IMG/VR virus record: IMGVR_UViG_3300042673_001351
Span: 1 to 64,000 of that record
From: a virus
Lineage: Duplodnaviria > Caudoviricetes
Direction: 5' to 3' (one strand)
Length of the DNA stretch: 64,000 bases
Shown one piece after another: positions 21,595 through 31,042 of the stretch (position 1 is the first letter of the stretch; each line of letters opens with the position of its first letter). The translations under genes were made by a program, and so were the position numbers. The notes below the pieces were generated by a model, which was not told the DNA's origin, made no database searches, and saw only the letters and a list, made by a program, of their open reading frames with translations.

Positions 21595-22427
21595 TACCTG
21601 ATCTCCTTAATCCTATCAAGATATCTTAATCCGCCCATTCTATCTATTTGAGACTGGCCAGTGTCGTAAACAACATCGTTATCTTCAAACGGTAGCTGAA
21701 TTAAATTTATATTAAAGTTTTTTTGAATTTCATTTGAATATTTTTCAATAAATTGATTATAGTTATGGGTTAAAGAAAATGGGGTATATTTATCCTCTAC
21801 TGAATTTTTATTAATTGATATGTATTCGTCTGGGAAATTATAAATATCTACGCCACTATTAATTAAATCTATTGAAATACTTTCTTCTTCTCCGCAGTAT
21901 TTTAAGTGAGTTGGTTGATTTATTATTGCAAAATCTTCAGACAATGCAAATATAAAATTTCTGTCTATATAATTTATTTTATTAAAATTTGCAGATGGTA
22001 CTCTTTCTGGCTCTAGCATGAACCAATTTTTATTTTTTAAGGTAACTGTAGAATTTCCAGATAAAATTGAGTTTTTGTTATTCTTTAAAAATTCAACTGC
22101 ATGGATGTCCCAATCTTTAGCTAATGAAACATCGTCTCCAATTTGCATATAATATTTTTTATTCAGTGACTTAAATGCATCCCGCTTATATTCAATTGGG
22201 CTTTTAATAGAGTCCCACGTAACATATTTATAAACAATTGATGCATAAAAATCTGGTTGGTCTAGGGATCTAGTTCTGTCTACACTATTTTGATCAATAA
22301 TGTAAAAATATAACATATTTTTTTGACTAGATTTGTCTATAATTTCAGATACAGTTTTAAATAAATTTTTATTTTGATAGCTGTAAATGCATATACCAAT
22401 ATTTTCCATTATTTGAATGGTATCCAT
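21594..22427 (-). CDS. GT-A fold glycosyltransferase, GT60 (Skp1 hydroxyproline GlcNAc-transferase)-like, divergent
   Basis: ICIYSYQ, IIDQ, YYMQIGDD..L.KDWD and GEEESISI..G.DIY resemble the GT60 IASYRD / YYLQIDSH..F..WD / GEE patterns; the DSH motif is altered. Confidence 0.55.
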   Translation of the reverse strand: MDTIQIMENIGICIYSYQNKNLFKTVSEIIDKSSQKNMLYFYIIDQNSVDRTRSLDQPDFYASIVYKYVTWDSIKSPIEYKRDAFKSLNKKYYMQIGDDVSLAKDWDIHAVEFLKNNKNSILSGNSTVTLKNKNWFMLEPERVPSANFNKINYIDRNFIFALSEDFAIINQPTHLKYCGEEESISIDLINSGVDIYNFPDEYISINKNSVEDKYTPFSLTHNYNQFIEKYSNEIQKNFNINLIQLPFEDNDVVYDTGQSQIDRMGGLRYLDRIKEIR

Positions 22428-23071
22428 TTCATAGATTTACTATTTCTAATCTCTCTAAACGGAATAATATCGTATGCAATTGTTACTCTTGCTTGGTCTT
22501 GTTGCCAATCTCCTCTAGCATGGGGGTAGCCAGTTTCGGAAATAATTGCTCTATTATTTTTATTAACATTTTCAAATAAATCATTATTATTTTTATCTAG
22601 CTTATAGTATGTTATGGATGGCTCGGCATCTACACAATAGTACCCGTGAAAATGTGGTATGCCAGTTCCTCCAAAATGATCATGAAGTTGCTCTGGATTT
22701 TTTACTGGATCAACCTTATTCCCGATAGACTTATAGTCAAAATTAAACCAGCCATGTATTACATAGTTTTCAAAATTAAAATCTATTTCATAATATTCAC
22801 ATGCTTTTTTTGTAAGATTTTTTAATTCACAATATAGGTTATATATCTCATTGATTGGAAACATAAAAATATTATAATGATTTATTCCAATTTTTGTTGC
22901 TGCGCCTGGTAAATTTTTATATTTATCTAAAACCTCATTAGATAAATTTAAAGAATTTTCTTTAATAATTTCATCGTTTATTTTATATAAATATTTTGAT
23001 AGTTCTTGCGTATCATTATTTAAATATGATTCAAAAAATTTTTGTGGTTTATTTAACATATTGGCATCCAA
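22409..23071 (-). CDS. Putative 2OG-Fe(II) oxygenase (TIGR02466-like)
   Basis: GWFN...HDH...HGYYCV...HA...RVTIAYDI; paralogue of the next gene. Confidence 0.7.
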   Translation of the reverse strand: MDANMLNKPQKFFESYLNNDTQELSKYLYKINDEIIKENSLNLSNEVLDKYKNLPGAATKIGINHYNIFMFPINEIYNLYCELKNLTKKACEYYEIDFNFENYVIHGWFNFDYKSIGNKVDPVKNPEQLHDHFGGTGIPHFHGYYCVDAEPSITYYKLDKNNNDLFENVNKNNRAIISETGYPHARGDWQQDQARVTIAYDIIPFREIRNSKSMKWIPFK

Positions 23072-23700
23072 TGTTGTGGATGTGCATTGTTTGCTATTAA
23101 ACTTTTTAATGGAACTATATCGTATGCAATTGTTACTCTAGGGCCTTCCCAGTCCCAAGATCCCATTGCATGTGGATGTCCCATTTCTGATATGATAAGC
23201 CTGTTGTCTTTATTGTGGTTATCAACTTCTTTACCAAAAACTTTATAATACGTTGTAGATGGCTCTGCTTTTACGCAATAGTATCCGTGAAAATATGGAG
23301 CATACGGTCCACCGTGATCGTGCCAGTCCAGTTTTCCTTTGTCGTTATAATTAATATTAAACCAGCCTTGAATCATGTATTGTTGTTTTTCAAAATCAAC
23401 TTCATAATACTCACAAGCTTCTTTAACCATTTCTACAAGGTTTTTATATAGCTTATGTATTGATGGATGATAAAATTGAAAAACATTATACTCTCTCCAT
23501 TTTATAGTAGATACGCTATCTGATGACAGCCAATGATCTTTTTCTGTAACCTCTGTTATTCCAGACAACTTTAAGTTTTCCATATTAGAATATTGATTTT
23601 GTAAAAACTCTGCCAATTGACTAAGATCGTTATCTAAATATCTTTCAAAAAATTTATGCTCTTTGCCTGTTGGCTGGTTCATTTGCATATTATTAATCAT
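23053..23700 (-). CDS. Putative 2OG-Fe(II) oxygenase (TIGR02466-like)
   Basis: GWFNI...WHDH...HGYYCV...HA...RVTIAYDI. Confidence 0.7.
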   Translation of the reverse strand: MINNMQMNQPTGKEHKFFERYLDNDLSQLAEFLQNQYSNMENLKLSGITEVTEKDHWLSSDSVSTIKWREYNVFQFYHPSIHKLYKNLVEMVKEACEYYEVDFEKQQYMIQGWFNINYNDKGKLDWHDHGGPYAPYFHGYYCVKAEPSTTYYKVFGKEVDNHNKDNRLIISEMGHPHAMGSWDWEGPRVTIAYDIVPLKSLIANNAHPQHWMPIC

Positions 23701-24450
23701 TTATTTTCCCTTATACTGTTTACGTTGCCATACTATATTTTTATAATAGGCATAAATTGAAGACCTTCTTTTTTCATCTTTAATTTGATTCATTTCTTTC
23801 CCGTTAACCGAATAATCTATCTCCAAAGCCCAATCTTCTCTTTTAATTGGAATCATCTGAAATAGAGGTGTTCCTTTAGGTATTATACCAATAAAGTTCC
23901 TTTTTAGGAAGAAGGATGTAAATACTGGTGTGTGCCATAAATCGGAGTCTATTATTCCGCTAAGGGTGGTAAATGGCAAATCGTGTCTATTTAATGGGTG
24001 GGTTATTAATAAAGAATATCCTTTTGGTGTTTCCGAATACCAGTTTACTTTCCAACCAAAATGTAATGGGTGATGCTGTGTGGGGACTGGGACGTCTATC
24101 ATTAATCTTTTGTCCACTATCATGTTGTGTCCTTCCCAGGAAAGTACTGGAAATCCGTTTTTATCTTGAGTTACATGTAAATCATATTCTAGGGTATACA
24201 TGTAACCAGAAGTTAATGCGTCAAAAAATGGCATGCATAATTTTGTTGAAGCAGCGCTTCCATCGGTTCCTCTATCATTAACTGGGTGCAGCTTGCTAAT
24301 GTGATTAGATTTATAAAATCTAGAAAGCTTTTTATACCAATCTGGAAGATGAATTTTAGATTCTTCTGGCTCGACAATTAGTCCGTTGTTTAAGTCATCG
24401 GGATTAATTGAAAATCCTGGTGTAAATTTAACTATTAATTCTTTTTTCAT
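23701..24450 (-). CDS. DUF6065-like / dUTPase-fold protein
   Basis: KLCMPFFDALTSGY, TPKGYSLLITHP, GIIDSD and IPKGTPLFQMIP motifs. Confidence 0.6.
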   Translation of the reverse strand: MKKELIVKFTPGFSINPDDLNNGLIVEPEESKIHLPDWYKKLSRFYKSNHISKLHPVNDRGTDGSAASTKLCMPFFDALTSGYMYTLEYDLHVTQDKNGFPVLSWEGHNMIVDKRLMIDVPVPTQHHPLHFGWKVNWYSETPKGYSLLITHPLNRHDLPFTTLSGIIDSDLWHTPVFTSFFLKRNFIGIIPKGTPLFQMIPIKREDWALEIDYSVNGKEMNQIKDEKRRSSIYAYYKNIVWQRKQYKGK

Positions 24451-25156
24451 ATTCCCTTATTATTTTTTTAATAGTTTTTTTATCTGCATATACTTCTATA
24501 TCAAATAAATACGAACCTCTTTTTATTAACCCGCAAATATTGTCTTCCATATGATTTTTAGAGTTTGTAAAATAAAAATCAACAAAGTTTGCTTCTTTTA
24601 TTATAACATTTTCATCTGTTTTTGTAAAAGAATCTTTTTTTTCAATTATTTTTAGTGAAGGATTTTCTATATTGCATTTAATTAAATACTGTATGTCCAT
24701 GTCTAAAAACCAAGGAATATAAATTTTAAAAATTCTTTTAGAAATTGCATTTTCATCTACAATATTATATTGATTTTCTGATGGGTAAAATTGACGTAGC
24801 CAGCATTTATCGGTTGCATAAAAAAAACTATTAATTGGATTTGATTTGAATACCCCCCTATGCCCTAGCAACGGATCAGCTGTTTGAATTAATATATCCC
24901 CGTAGCTATAATATCTAATTGTTAAACTATTTTTAGAATTCTTTATTATCTCTGGCGGGTTAGAAAAATGATGGGCATACATGTTTACTGGTTTTAGAAT
25001 TGATTGTTTATAGGCAGGATCAGATTTAACATATTCCCATTCTTTCCACTTTGGAAACAAATTAGAGGTATGACATATTTGTTCAAAAGTCATTGTTGAC
25101 ATTAGAGACCAAGATTCCGCTTCATAGGGCACTCTATTAACTGTCTTATTGGTCAT
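24428..25156 (-). CDS. Hypothetical protein, possibly divergent DUF6065-like
   Basis: FKIYIPWF and GLIKRGSYLFDI echo the flanking paralogues. Confidence 0.5.
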   Translation of the reverse strand: MTNKTVNRVPYEAESWSLMSTMTFEQICHTSNLFPKWKEWEYVKSDPAYKQSILKPVNMYAHHFSNPPEIIKNSKNSLTIRYYSYGDILIQTADPLLGHRGVFKSNPINSFFYATDKCWLRQFYPSENQYNIVDENAISKRIFKIYIPWFLDMDIQYLIKCNIENPSLKIIEKKDSFTKTDENVIIKEANFVDFYFTNSKNHMEDNICGLIKRGSYLFDIEVYADKKTIKKIIREYEKRINS

Positions 25157-25887
25157 TTATATGTTTTCTTTTTCCAAAATTTCAGTCTATATCCATTTTG
25201 AAATACTGATCTAACCTGTAAAGTTTTTTCTTTTATTTTAGTATCTGACTGCCTGTCATCGCTTATTGAGCTCTCCCAGTCTTCTCTTTTAAATGGTATT
25301 ACTTGAATGATTGGAGTACCTTGTTTAATTATTCCCTTAAATCCTTTTTTAACAAAAAAAGATAGATATCCGTCTGACATATATGCGTCTGTGTCTATCA
25401 CTCCAGGGATAGATCTAATGGGAGAGTCCTCTGCATGCATTGGAGAAGTAAATAAACAACTGTGCCCTTCCTCTGTTTTAACTAACCACATTGGGTGAAT
25501 TCTAATAATTTCTTCGTGAAAATAATCTGGGATGGGATATTTAGCCATCTGCTCTTTTAAATGATGTGAAAGAATGTATTCTTTCCGCATTCCCATTATC
25601 TCAGATGTTACCTGTACTTTTATTTTATCTTCTGTTGCGTCTATAAATATATCCGTTGGGCATCTTAAATAGTATCCAAATGTCATTGAATCAAATATAG
25701 ATTGACATTTTTTAATTGTTAGCATCATTGTTCCGTTATGAATATTTTGATCGTTATTTAAATAGCTTTCTTGATGCTTCCACCACTCTGGTATGCTGGA
25801 CGCAACACTAACTGGCTCTGGGAATGCTTTTTTATATAACCTATACTTTGGAATAAATTCTATTTTAATCATGCTAGTGGTATCCAT
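25153..25887 (-). CDS. DUF6065-like / dUTPase-fold protein
   Basis: IKKCQSIFDSMTFGY, TEEGHSCLFTSP, GVIDTD and IKQGTPIIQVIPFKRE; paralogue of 23701..24450. Confidence 0.6.
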   Translation of the reverse strand: MDTTSMIKIEFIPKYRLYKKAFPEPVSVASSIPEWWKHQESYLNNDQNIHNGTMMLTIKKCQSIFDSMTFGYYLRCPTDIFIDATEDKIKVQVTSEIMGMRKEYILSHHLKEQMAKYPIPDYFHEEIIRIHPMWLVKTEEGHSCLFTSPMHAEDSPIRSIPGVIDTDAYMSDGYLSFFVKKGFKGIIKQGTPIIQVIPFKREDWESSISDDRQSDTKIKEKTLQVRSVFQNGYRLKFWKKKTYK

Positions 25888-26432
25888 TTTTGATAGTACT
25901 GCCTGTATAGATATTCTAGAGGAGAGATATTAAATGATAGTATTGTTAAACCATTACTTATTTTTTTAAACAATATCTTTGATGATGAATCTAAAAATAT
26001 TAATTGTCCAGGAATTAAATCAATTTTTTCATCATTTATAAAAATTTGATCTTTATTGCAATCTATAACATAAAATCCAACAAATGTAGTTTTATAATTA
26101 GGGGCAAAATTTAGATATGTGTCTAATGTAATAGTTTCTTTTTTAACTATATTGCCAAGTAAATAAAAATAATTTCTTTCAAAATTAACTCCATTTTTAA
26201 TGCAATATTCTTTTGTTAAATCAGATATTTCTTTATATAGAATATGAATGTTTTTGTTATACATTGCAAAAAAGTTAAATGTTTTATAATCAATTAAAGA
26301 AACTTTTTTAGGTTTAAACCCTAGCTTAATTCCTGGATTAAATTTATAAACATATTCGTGCATCTGAGAGATCATTTTATTATACTCGGAAAGCATAGTT
26401 TTGTTATTAATTGAATTAATATTTTTTATCAT
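25869..26432 (-). CDS. Degenerate paralogue of the TIGR02466-like oxygenases
   Basis: FNFF..IHILYKEI..YC, FVGFYVI and C-terminal KWIPL align with 22409/23053, but the iron-binding His residues are missing. Confidence 0.5.
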   Translation of the reverse strand: MIKNINSINNKTMLSEYNKMISQMHEYVYKFNPGIKLGFKPKKVSLIDYKTFNFFAMYNKNIHILYKEISDLTKEYCIKNGVNFERNYFYLLGNIVKKETITLDTYLNFAPNYKTTFVGFYVIDCNKDQIFINDEKIDLIPGQLIFLDSSSKILFKKISNGLTILSFNISPLEYLYRQYYQKWIPLA

Positions 26433-27063
26433 TTGGCTCCCAAATGCTCATAGAGTGAAATAATGCTGGAAATATCGGATCTTTGTATATGACTAATTCT
26501 GCTGGCATATTTATTTCAGGAAGTTTCCCAGGTGTCATCCCAACCTTAACTATTTTTTCAATTTTATCTTTGTTTAAATTAAACCTTTTTTTAGTTGCTG
26601 ATGCTATGAGGGAGGATCCGCTTAATGCTACGGCCTGTGTCCCTTGTGTATAGCCTGGGCCTAATCTTGGTAAAATGTTAAAAAATGTACACCATATTGG
26701 ATATCCAATTAAAGCTAATGATTCTATGTACTTTTTCTTTCGATGTATTGGGCTAGTATAGAACCTATCTGTTATTGCAGTATAGTGATCTTTATCATAT
26801 CCGTCTATAATTATTGTAGCCCAAGATGCTGGATAATCGTTGTTAATAAAATAAGACATAACAATTGTGCCAGACTCATTATCATCATTTTTATAAAGAC
26901 ATTCTATAGCTTGAGAATTCCATTTATCGGTAAGCACTGTATATTGTGCCCAAGTACCTTTTATGTATTGTGGATACCTTCTAAATTTAGGTACAGGTTT
27001 ACCTTTAAAATACCTAACTCCAGAAATTCCCATTAAGCGTAATTTCTTTACTTTTTTAAACAA
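26416..27063 (-). CDS. Hypothetical protein (weak GNAT-like motif)
   Basis: 215 aa; FYTSPIHRKKKY loosely resembles GNAT motif A. Confidence 0.45.
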   Translation of the reverse strand: MFKKVKKLRLMGISGVRYFKGKPVPKFRRYPQYIKGTWAQYTVLTDKWNSQAIECLYKNDDNESGTIVMSYFINNDYPASWATIIIDGYDKDHYTAITDRFYTSPIHRKKKYIESLALIGYPIWCTFFNILPRLGPGYTQGTQAVALSGSSLIASATKKRFNLNKDKIEKIVKVGMTPGKLPEINMPAELVIYKDPIFPALFHSMSIWEPNDKKY

Positions 27064-27078
27064 ATTAATTCCTGACTA

Positions 27079-28368
27079 CTAGGCTTGGTCTTGAGAATCT
27101 CTCCATTGTTGATACATTGCATCTAGCTTATCGCTAAATGTTTCATCGCTAGAAGTTAATGCGTTTGCATCACTTTTTGCTCTATATGAATCGTGTACTA
27201 GCGCATTGTCTGTAAAGAATAAGTCGTATGGCTCTACGTCAATTGATATTAGTAACTCTTTTTGTGTAGTTACTTTATAGTCTGTAATTTCTTTCCAGTC
27301 ATTTTCGCTTGGTGAAAAAATTAAATCTGTTTCCAATACGCTTGATGATGGTTGGAATTGAATCTGTCCATCTCTTTTTATTAAAATAAAGTGTTGTAAA
27401 GAATATTTATTTCCATTAATAACAATAGCTCCTTCGTCAGAAATTCTTGCTGCCATTGCAACAATGGTAGTTTCGGCTGGGGATATGTTTGCGCTATTAA
27501 CAGACCAATTTTGTAAATATTCTAATATTGCTGTATTTGAAACATCTATTCCCTCGATATTAGCAGAGTATAAAACGTCGCCAACGCTTAGGTTGTGTGC
27601 AAGGATTAATCCTTCTGGCACCTTTGATTTAATAACTGTTTCTGCTCCAACCGATTTTGGAGTAAAGCCAAATGGAGTAAATCCAAACGGAGTAAATCCA
27701 AACGGAGTAAATCCAAACGGTGTAAATCCAAATGGGGTAAATCCAAATGGGCTAAAACTAAATGGTGTTGTAGTAACTGAGTTTGAATTTCCGCTGTATG
27801 ATGAAAAACCATTAGCGTTTTGAGCTCTTACCCTAACGGTTTGAGCTTCATTTCCGTTTTCTGATAGGTTAGCGCTAAATGTACTAGAGTTATATGACGT
27901 AACATCATTTTCATGATCAATTAATCCATATCCAGTAATGTCTTTTCCACCATTATTTCCTGGGGCTGACCAAGAAACAGAGTTCGTTTCTGCTCCATTA
28001 TTTGAAAGACTTGGAGCGCTTGGTGTTTGTGGAACTGTTGTTGCTGTTATTGAATTACTTGCGTCTGACGGCACAGAATTACCAACTGCGTTTGTAGCTA
28101 TAACTGTAAATGTATAACTAGTTCCAGATTGTAAACCTTCTACCGTAATAGGAGAAGAAGATCCAGAAGCAGTATAACTTCCTGGACTTGAGGTAACTGT
28201 ATATGAAGTAGCTGGTGGGGAATCTACGCTCATTGTAAATGGTACAGATGAGGCTCCATTATTAAATGCTCTATCTGTTCCTATATCTGTTGCTGTTCCG
28301 ATAATTGGCTTAAATGGCTCTAAAAAGTCATTGGCCGATTGGCTCATTCTACCTGCTTGTTTTGACAT
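27079..28368 (-). CDS. Fibronectin type III x2 + (FTPFG)n repeat + Hint autoprocessing domain protein
   Basis: GLQSGTSYTFTVIATNAVG FN3 motif; six FGFTP repeats; Hint from K|SVGAETVI through SLQH to ALVHD|S. Confidence 0.8.
   Translation of the reverse strand: MSKQAGRMSQSANDFLEPFKPIIGTATDIGTDRAFNNGASSVPFTMSVDSPPATSYTVTSSPGSYTASGSSSPITVEGLQSGTSYTFTVIATNAVGNSVPSDASNSITATTVPQTPSAPSLSNNGAETNSVSWSAPGNNGGKDITGYGLIDHENDVTSYNSSTFSANLSENGNEAQTVRVRAQNANGFSSYSGNSNSVTTTPFSFSPFGFTPFGFTPFGFTPFGFTPFGFTPFGFTPKSVGAETVIKSKVPEGLILAHNLSVGDVLYSANIEGIDVSNTAILEYLQNWSVNSANISPAETTIVAMAARISDEGAIVINGNKYSLQHFILIKRDGQIQFQPSSSVLETDLIFSPSENDWKEITDYKVTTQKELLISIDVEPYDLFFTDNALVHDSYRAKSDANALTSSDETFSDKLDAMYQQWRDSQDQA
27658..27765 (-). 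repeat. 15-bp tandem coding repeat encoding FGFTP
   Basis: GGAGTAAATCCAAA(C/T) units with synonymous variation. Confidence 0.9.
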
Positions 28369-28392
28369 ATATAATCTCCTCTATTATTTTCT

Positions 28393-30576
28393 TTAAGCTA
28401 AAAGATCTCCGAAAACTAACCAACCGCTTGGAGTTTTCATTGCTGTTACAACCGAATTTGTAGTTCTAAACTTTAATCCTGGTGTACCAACAACACTGTT
28501 TGTTGAAGCAAATGATGCTCCAGTTCCTGATGCTTGGTAGAAATCAATTGATTGACCAGTTGAGTATCCAGATGAAGGAAGAGTAATTTGTACTGCTCCA
28601 TTTATTGGGATAAACTTGTCTTGCTCACCAGATGCGAGTGTTTCTGATGATGTTCTCTCTGTTCCAAATGTTGTGATAGATGGAACGCCAACTTTTGTCT
28701 GTGTTCCGTCTGAGAATGCAATTCCAGATGCTGAAACAGTTACTGTGCCAGTAAATGTTGGAGCATCAATTGGTGACTTGGTGTCTATTTGAGTCTGAAT
28801 TGCTGATGTGACTCCATTTAGATATTGAAGTTCTGTATTTGATACATCTCCAATAGTTGCTGACGCTGCTTCAAATCCAGCAACCTGTAGGTTATCAAGT
28901 GATCCTTGAGTAAAGTTGACTGTGGTAGCTGGTTCGTCTGTTACGTCCTTGAACAACTTCCACTTAGCGTCTGATACGTCTCTTACTATACCAGCATGCT
29001 TTCCTGAACCATCGTTATAAGCAACTACAAGACCAAGGTCTACTGTGTTACTTGCATTTTGGTGGGCAAGCTGAAGCATGTTATCTTCAATTGTAATAGA
29101 TGTTGCTGATGCGTTAAATGTTGTACCGTTAATTGTTAGGTCTCCATCAACTACAAGGTTCTGATCAATTTCAACTGAGCCTGTAAATACTGCTCCAGAC
29201 AATGAAGCCTTTCCATCAATTTGTCCTTGAATTCCTGAAGTTACTCCGTTAACATATCCAATCTCAGTTGATGAAACATCTCCGATTGATGTTGTTGAAG
29301 GAAGGACTACTGTTCCAGTAAATGTTGGGCCTTCTAAGTTAGCCTTTAGGTCAAGTGCTGCTTGTGTAGCAGTTGAAACTGGCTTATTAGCATCTGTCGT
29401 GTTATCAACATTTCCAAGGCCTACTGAAGACTTTGTAAGCGCTGCTACTGCAGTTGAGATCTTTGTATCTGCTGCTGTTCCTGCTGCTGTAATTGCATCT
29501 GATTCTGCTGTGTCTGCGTACTCTTTTGTTGCTAGAAGTGAAGTATCTGCAATTCCGTGTACGTTGGTTGTGTCTGCTGTGAGAGTACTGATAGCATCAT
29601 CTACATATTTTTTAGTAGATGCTTGTAAATCAAATGTAGGAGCACCGTTTAAAGTTAAAGCTCCAGTCATAGATGAACCAGATTTTAACATTAAATCTGC
29701 TGTGTTAACAATGCCATGAACATCTGTTGAGTCAGTACTATGATTAGTCATTGCGGTTCCTATTGCTGAATCTGCATAAGTATTTGCGTCTGCCTCTGCT
29801 TGATCTACATAAGATTCAGTAGCAAGTTCTGCTGTATCTGCAATTCCGTGTACGTTTGTTGTAGATGATCCGTGTGCTATTCCTGCTGCAGACAAATTTC
29901 CAAGTGATGTTGTGACTCCTGCAGCATAGTTTGCGTCATCTCCAATTGCTGCAGCAAGCTCGTTAAGTGTATCTAGTGCTCCTGGTGCCGCATCTACTAA
30001 ATTGTTAACTGCTGATGTAATATCAGATGTCAACGCTACAGTTCCTGAAGAATTTGGGAAAGTAATTGTTCTGTTTGCTGTAGGGTCTACTACTGTAAGA
30101 ATAGTTTCATAAGCATTTGCAGTTGCGCCTTCTAAAACAATACTTGACTTAGGAACTAACAGGTTACCGTCAACATCTAGCTTTGCTGGTCCGCCTGCAT
30201 TTCCGACGTCTGCTAGTAATACATAATCTGCGGCTGTTGAGTTTTCTAATCCAGTTACTTGACTGTCAACATAAGATTTAAGTGCTACAACTGATGAGTC
30301 AATATTAAGAGAAATTGTATTTGTGGCATCGTTGTAAGATTTTGTAAGACCTGATCCCATTGAAAGGGCTGTGTCAATTGCATCTTGTGCAATTTCTGTA
30401 ATTCCTGGTGCATCTGATGCGATGTATGAAAGGCTAGTCCATGCTGTGCTTCCAGTTCCAACTTTAATTTTTCTGGTGTCTGTTTCAACACCCATTTCAC
30501 CTGCAGCTAGTGTAGGATTTGCTGAGGTCCATTCTGATGCTGTTCCTCGTCTTACTTGAATTCTTACTGTTGACAT
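28393..30576 (-). CDS. Tail/head fibre protein with Mtd-N-like N-terminus
   Basis: RIQVRRGTASEWTSANPTLAAGEMGVETDT; TTNVHGIADT repeats; APGALDTLNELAAA module; C-terminal TPGLKFR..WLVFGDL. Confidence 0.8.
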   Translation of the reverse strand: MSTVRIQVRRGTASEWTSANPTLAAGEMGVETDTRKIKVGTGSTAWTSLSYIASDAPGITEIAQDAIDTALSMGSGLTKSYNDATNTISLNIDSSVVALKSYVDSQVTGLENSTAADYVLLADVGNAGGPAKLDVDGNLLVPKSSIVLEGATANAYETILTVVDPTANRTITFPNSSGTVALTSDITSAVNNLVDAAPGALDTLNELAAAIGDDANYAAGVTTSLGNLSAAGIAHGSSTTNVHGIADTAELATESYVDQAEADANTYADSAIGTAMTNHSTDSTDVHGIVNTADLMLKSGSSMTGALTLNGAPTFDLQASTKKYVDDAISTLTADTTNVHGIADTSLLATKEYADTAESDAITAAGTAADTKISTAVAALTKSSVGLGNVDNTTDANKPVSTATQAALDLKANLEGPTFTGTVVLPSTTSIGDVSSTEIGYVNGVTSGIQGQIDGKASLSGAVFTGSVEIDQNLVVDGDLTINGTTFNASATSITIEDNMLQLAHQNASNTVDLGLVVAYNDGSGKHAGIVRDVSDAKWKLFKDVTDEPATTVNFTQGSLDNLQVAGFEAASATIGDVSNTELQYLNGVTSAIQTQIDTKSPIDAPTFTGTVTVSASGIAFSDGTQTKVGVPSITTFGTERTSSETLASGEQDKFIPINGAVQITLPSSGYSTGQSIDFYQASGTGASFASTNSVVGTPGLKFRTTNSVVTAMKTPSGWLVFGDLLA

Positions 30577-30617
30577 ATTTATTACCCCTTATTTGCTAAT
30601 TATAGCATTTATTTTTG

Positions 30618-30974
30618 TTAAACTATAACTCCAGAATCAAATGTTATCCCATATAATGAAGTATCTGGGCCACCACCGTCTGCGAATTTAGTTGCTGTTG
30701 TACTTACTCCGTTTGCTTGAACTGTATAGACTGGAAGACCATTATAATCTATAGCTAGTCCAATGTCCATAAAGCCTATTTCTGTTTGACTATCTGGAAT
30801 GTCCGACACAAATGCAATTGGGCTCCAGGTTCCATTTAACTGGATCTGTAGCTTATTTGTTGTTGTGTCAAATCTAAGGGGTGTATTGCCTAATACAACG
30901 TTAGAGTCAAAGGTAGCGTTTCCTGCTACGTTTAACCCGTTTTTTACTCTAAAGTTTTTATCTGTTGTTGCCAT
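30618..30974 (-). CDS. Small virion structural protein
   Basis: MATTDKNFRVKNGL N-terminus resembles that of the next fibre gene. Confidence 0.6.
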   Translation of the reverse strand: MATTDKNFRVKNGLNVAGNATFDSNVVLGNTPLRFDTTTNKLQIQLNGTWSPIAFVSDIPDSQTEIGFMDIGLAIDYNGLPVYTVQANGVSTTATKFADGGGPDTSLYGITFDSGVIV

Positions 30975-31042
30975 TTAAGTTCACATATCCCCTAATTGTT
31001 TTTTGTGGGGAGATTCAGGCTCTCCCCTAGCCTTTTATTTAA

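Noticed and set aside
27658-27765. Tandem 15-bp repeats as a CRISPR array
   Set aside because: No spacers; variation is at synonymous positions of an in-frame FGFTP repeat.
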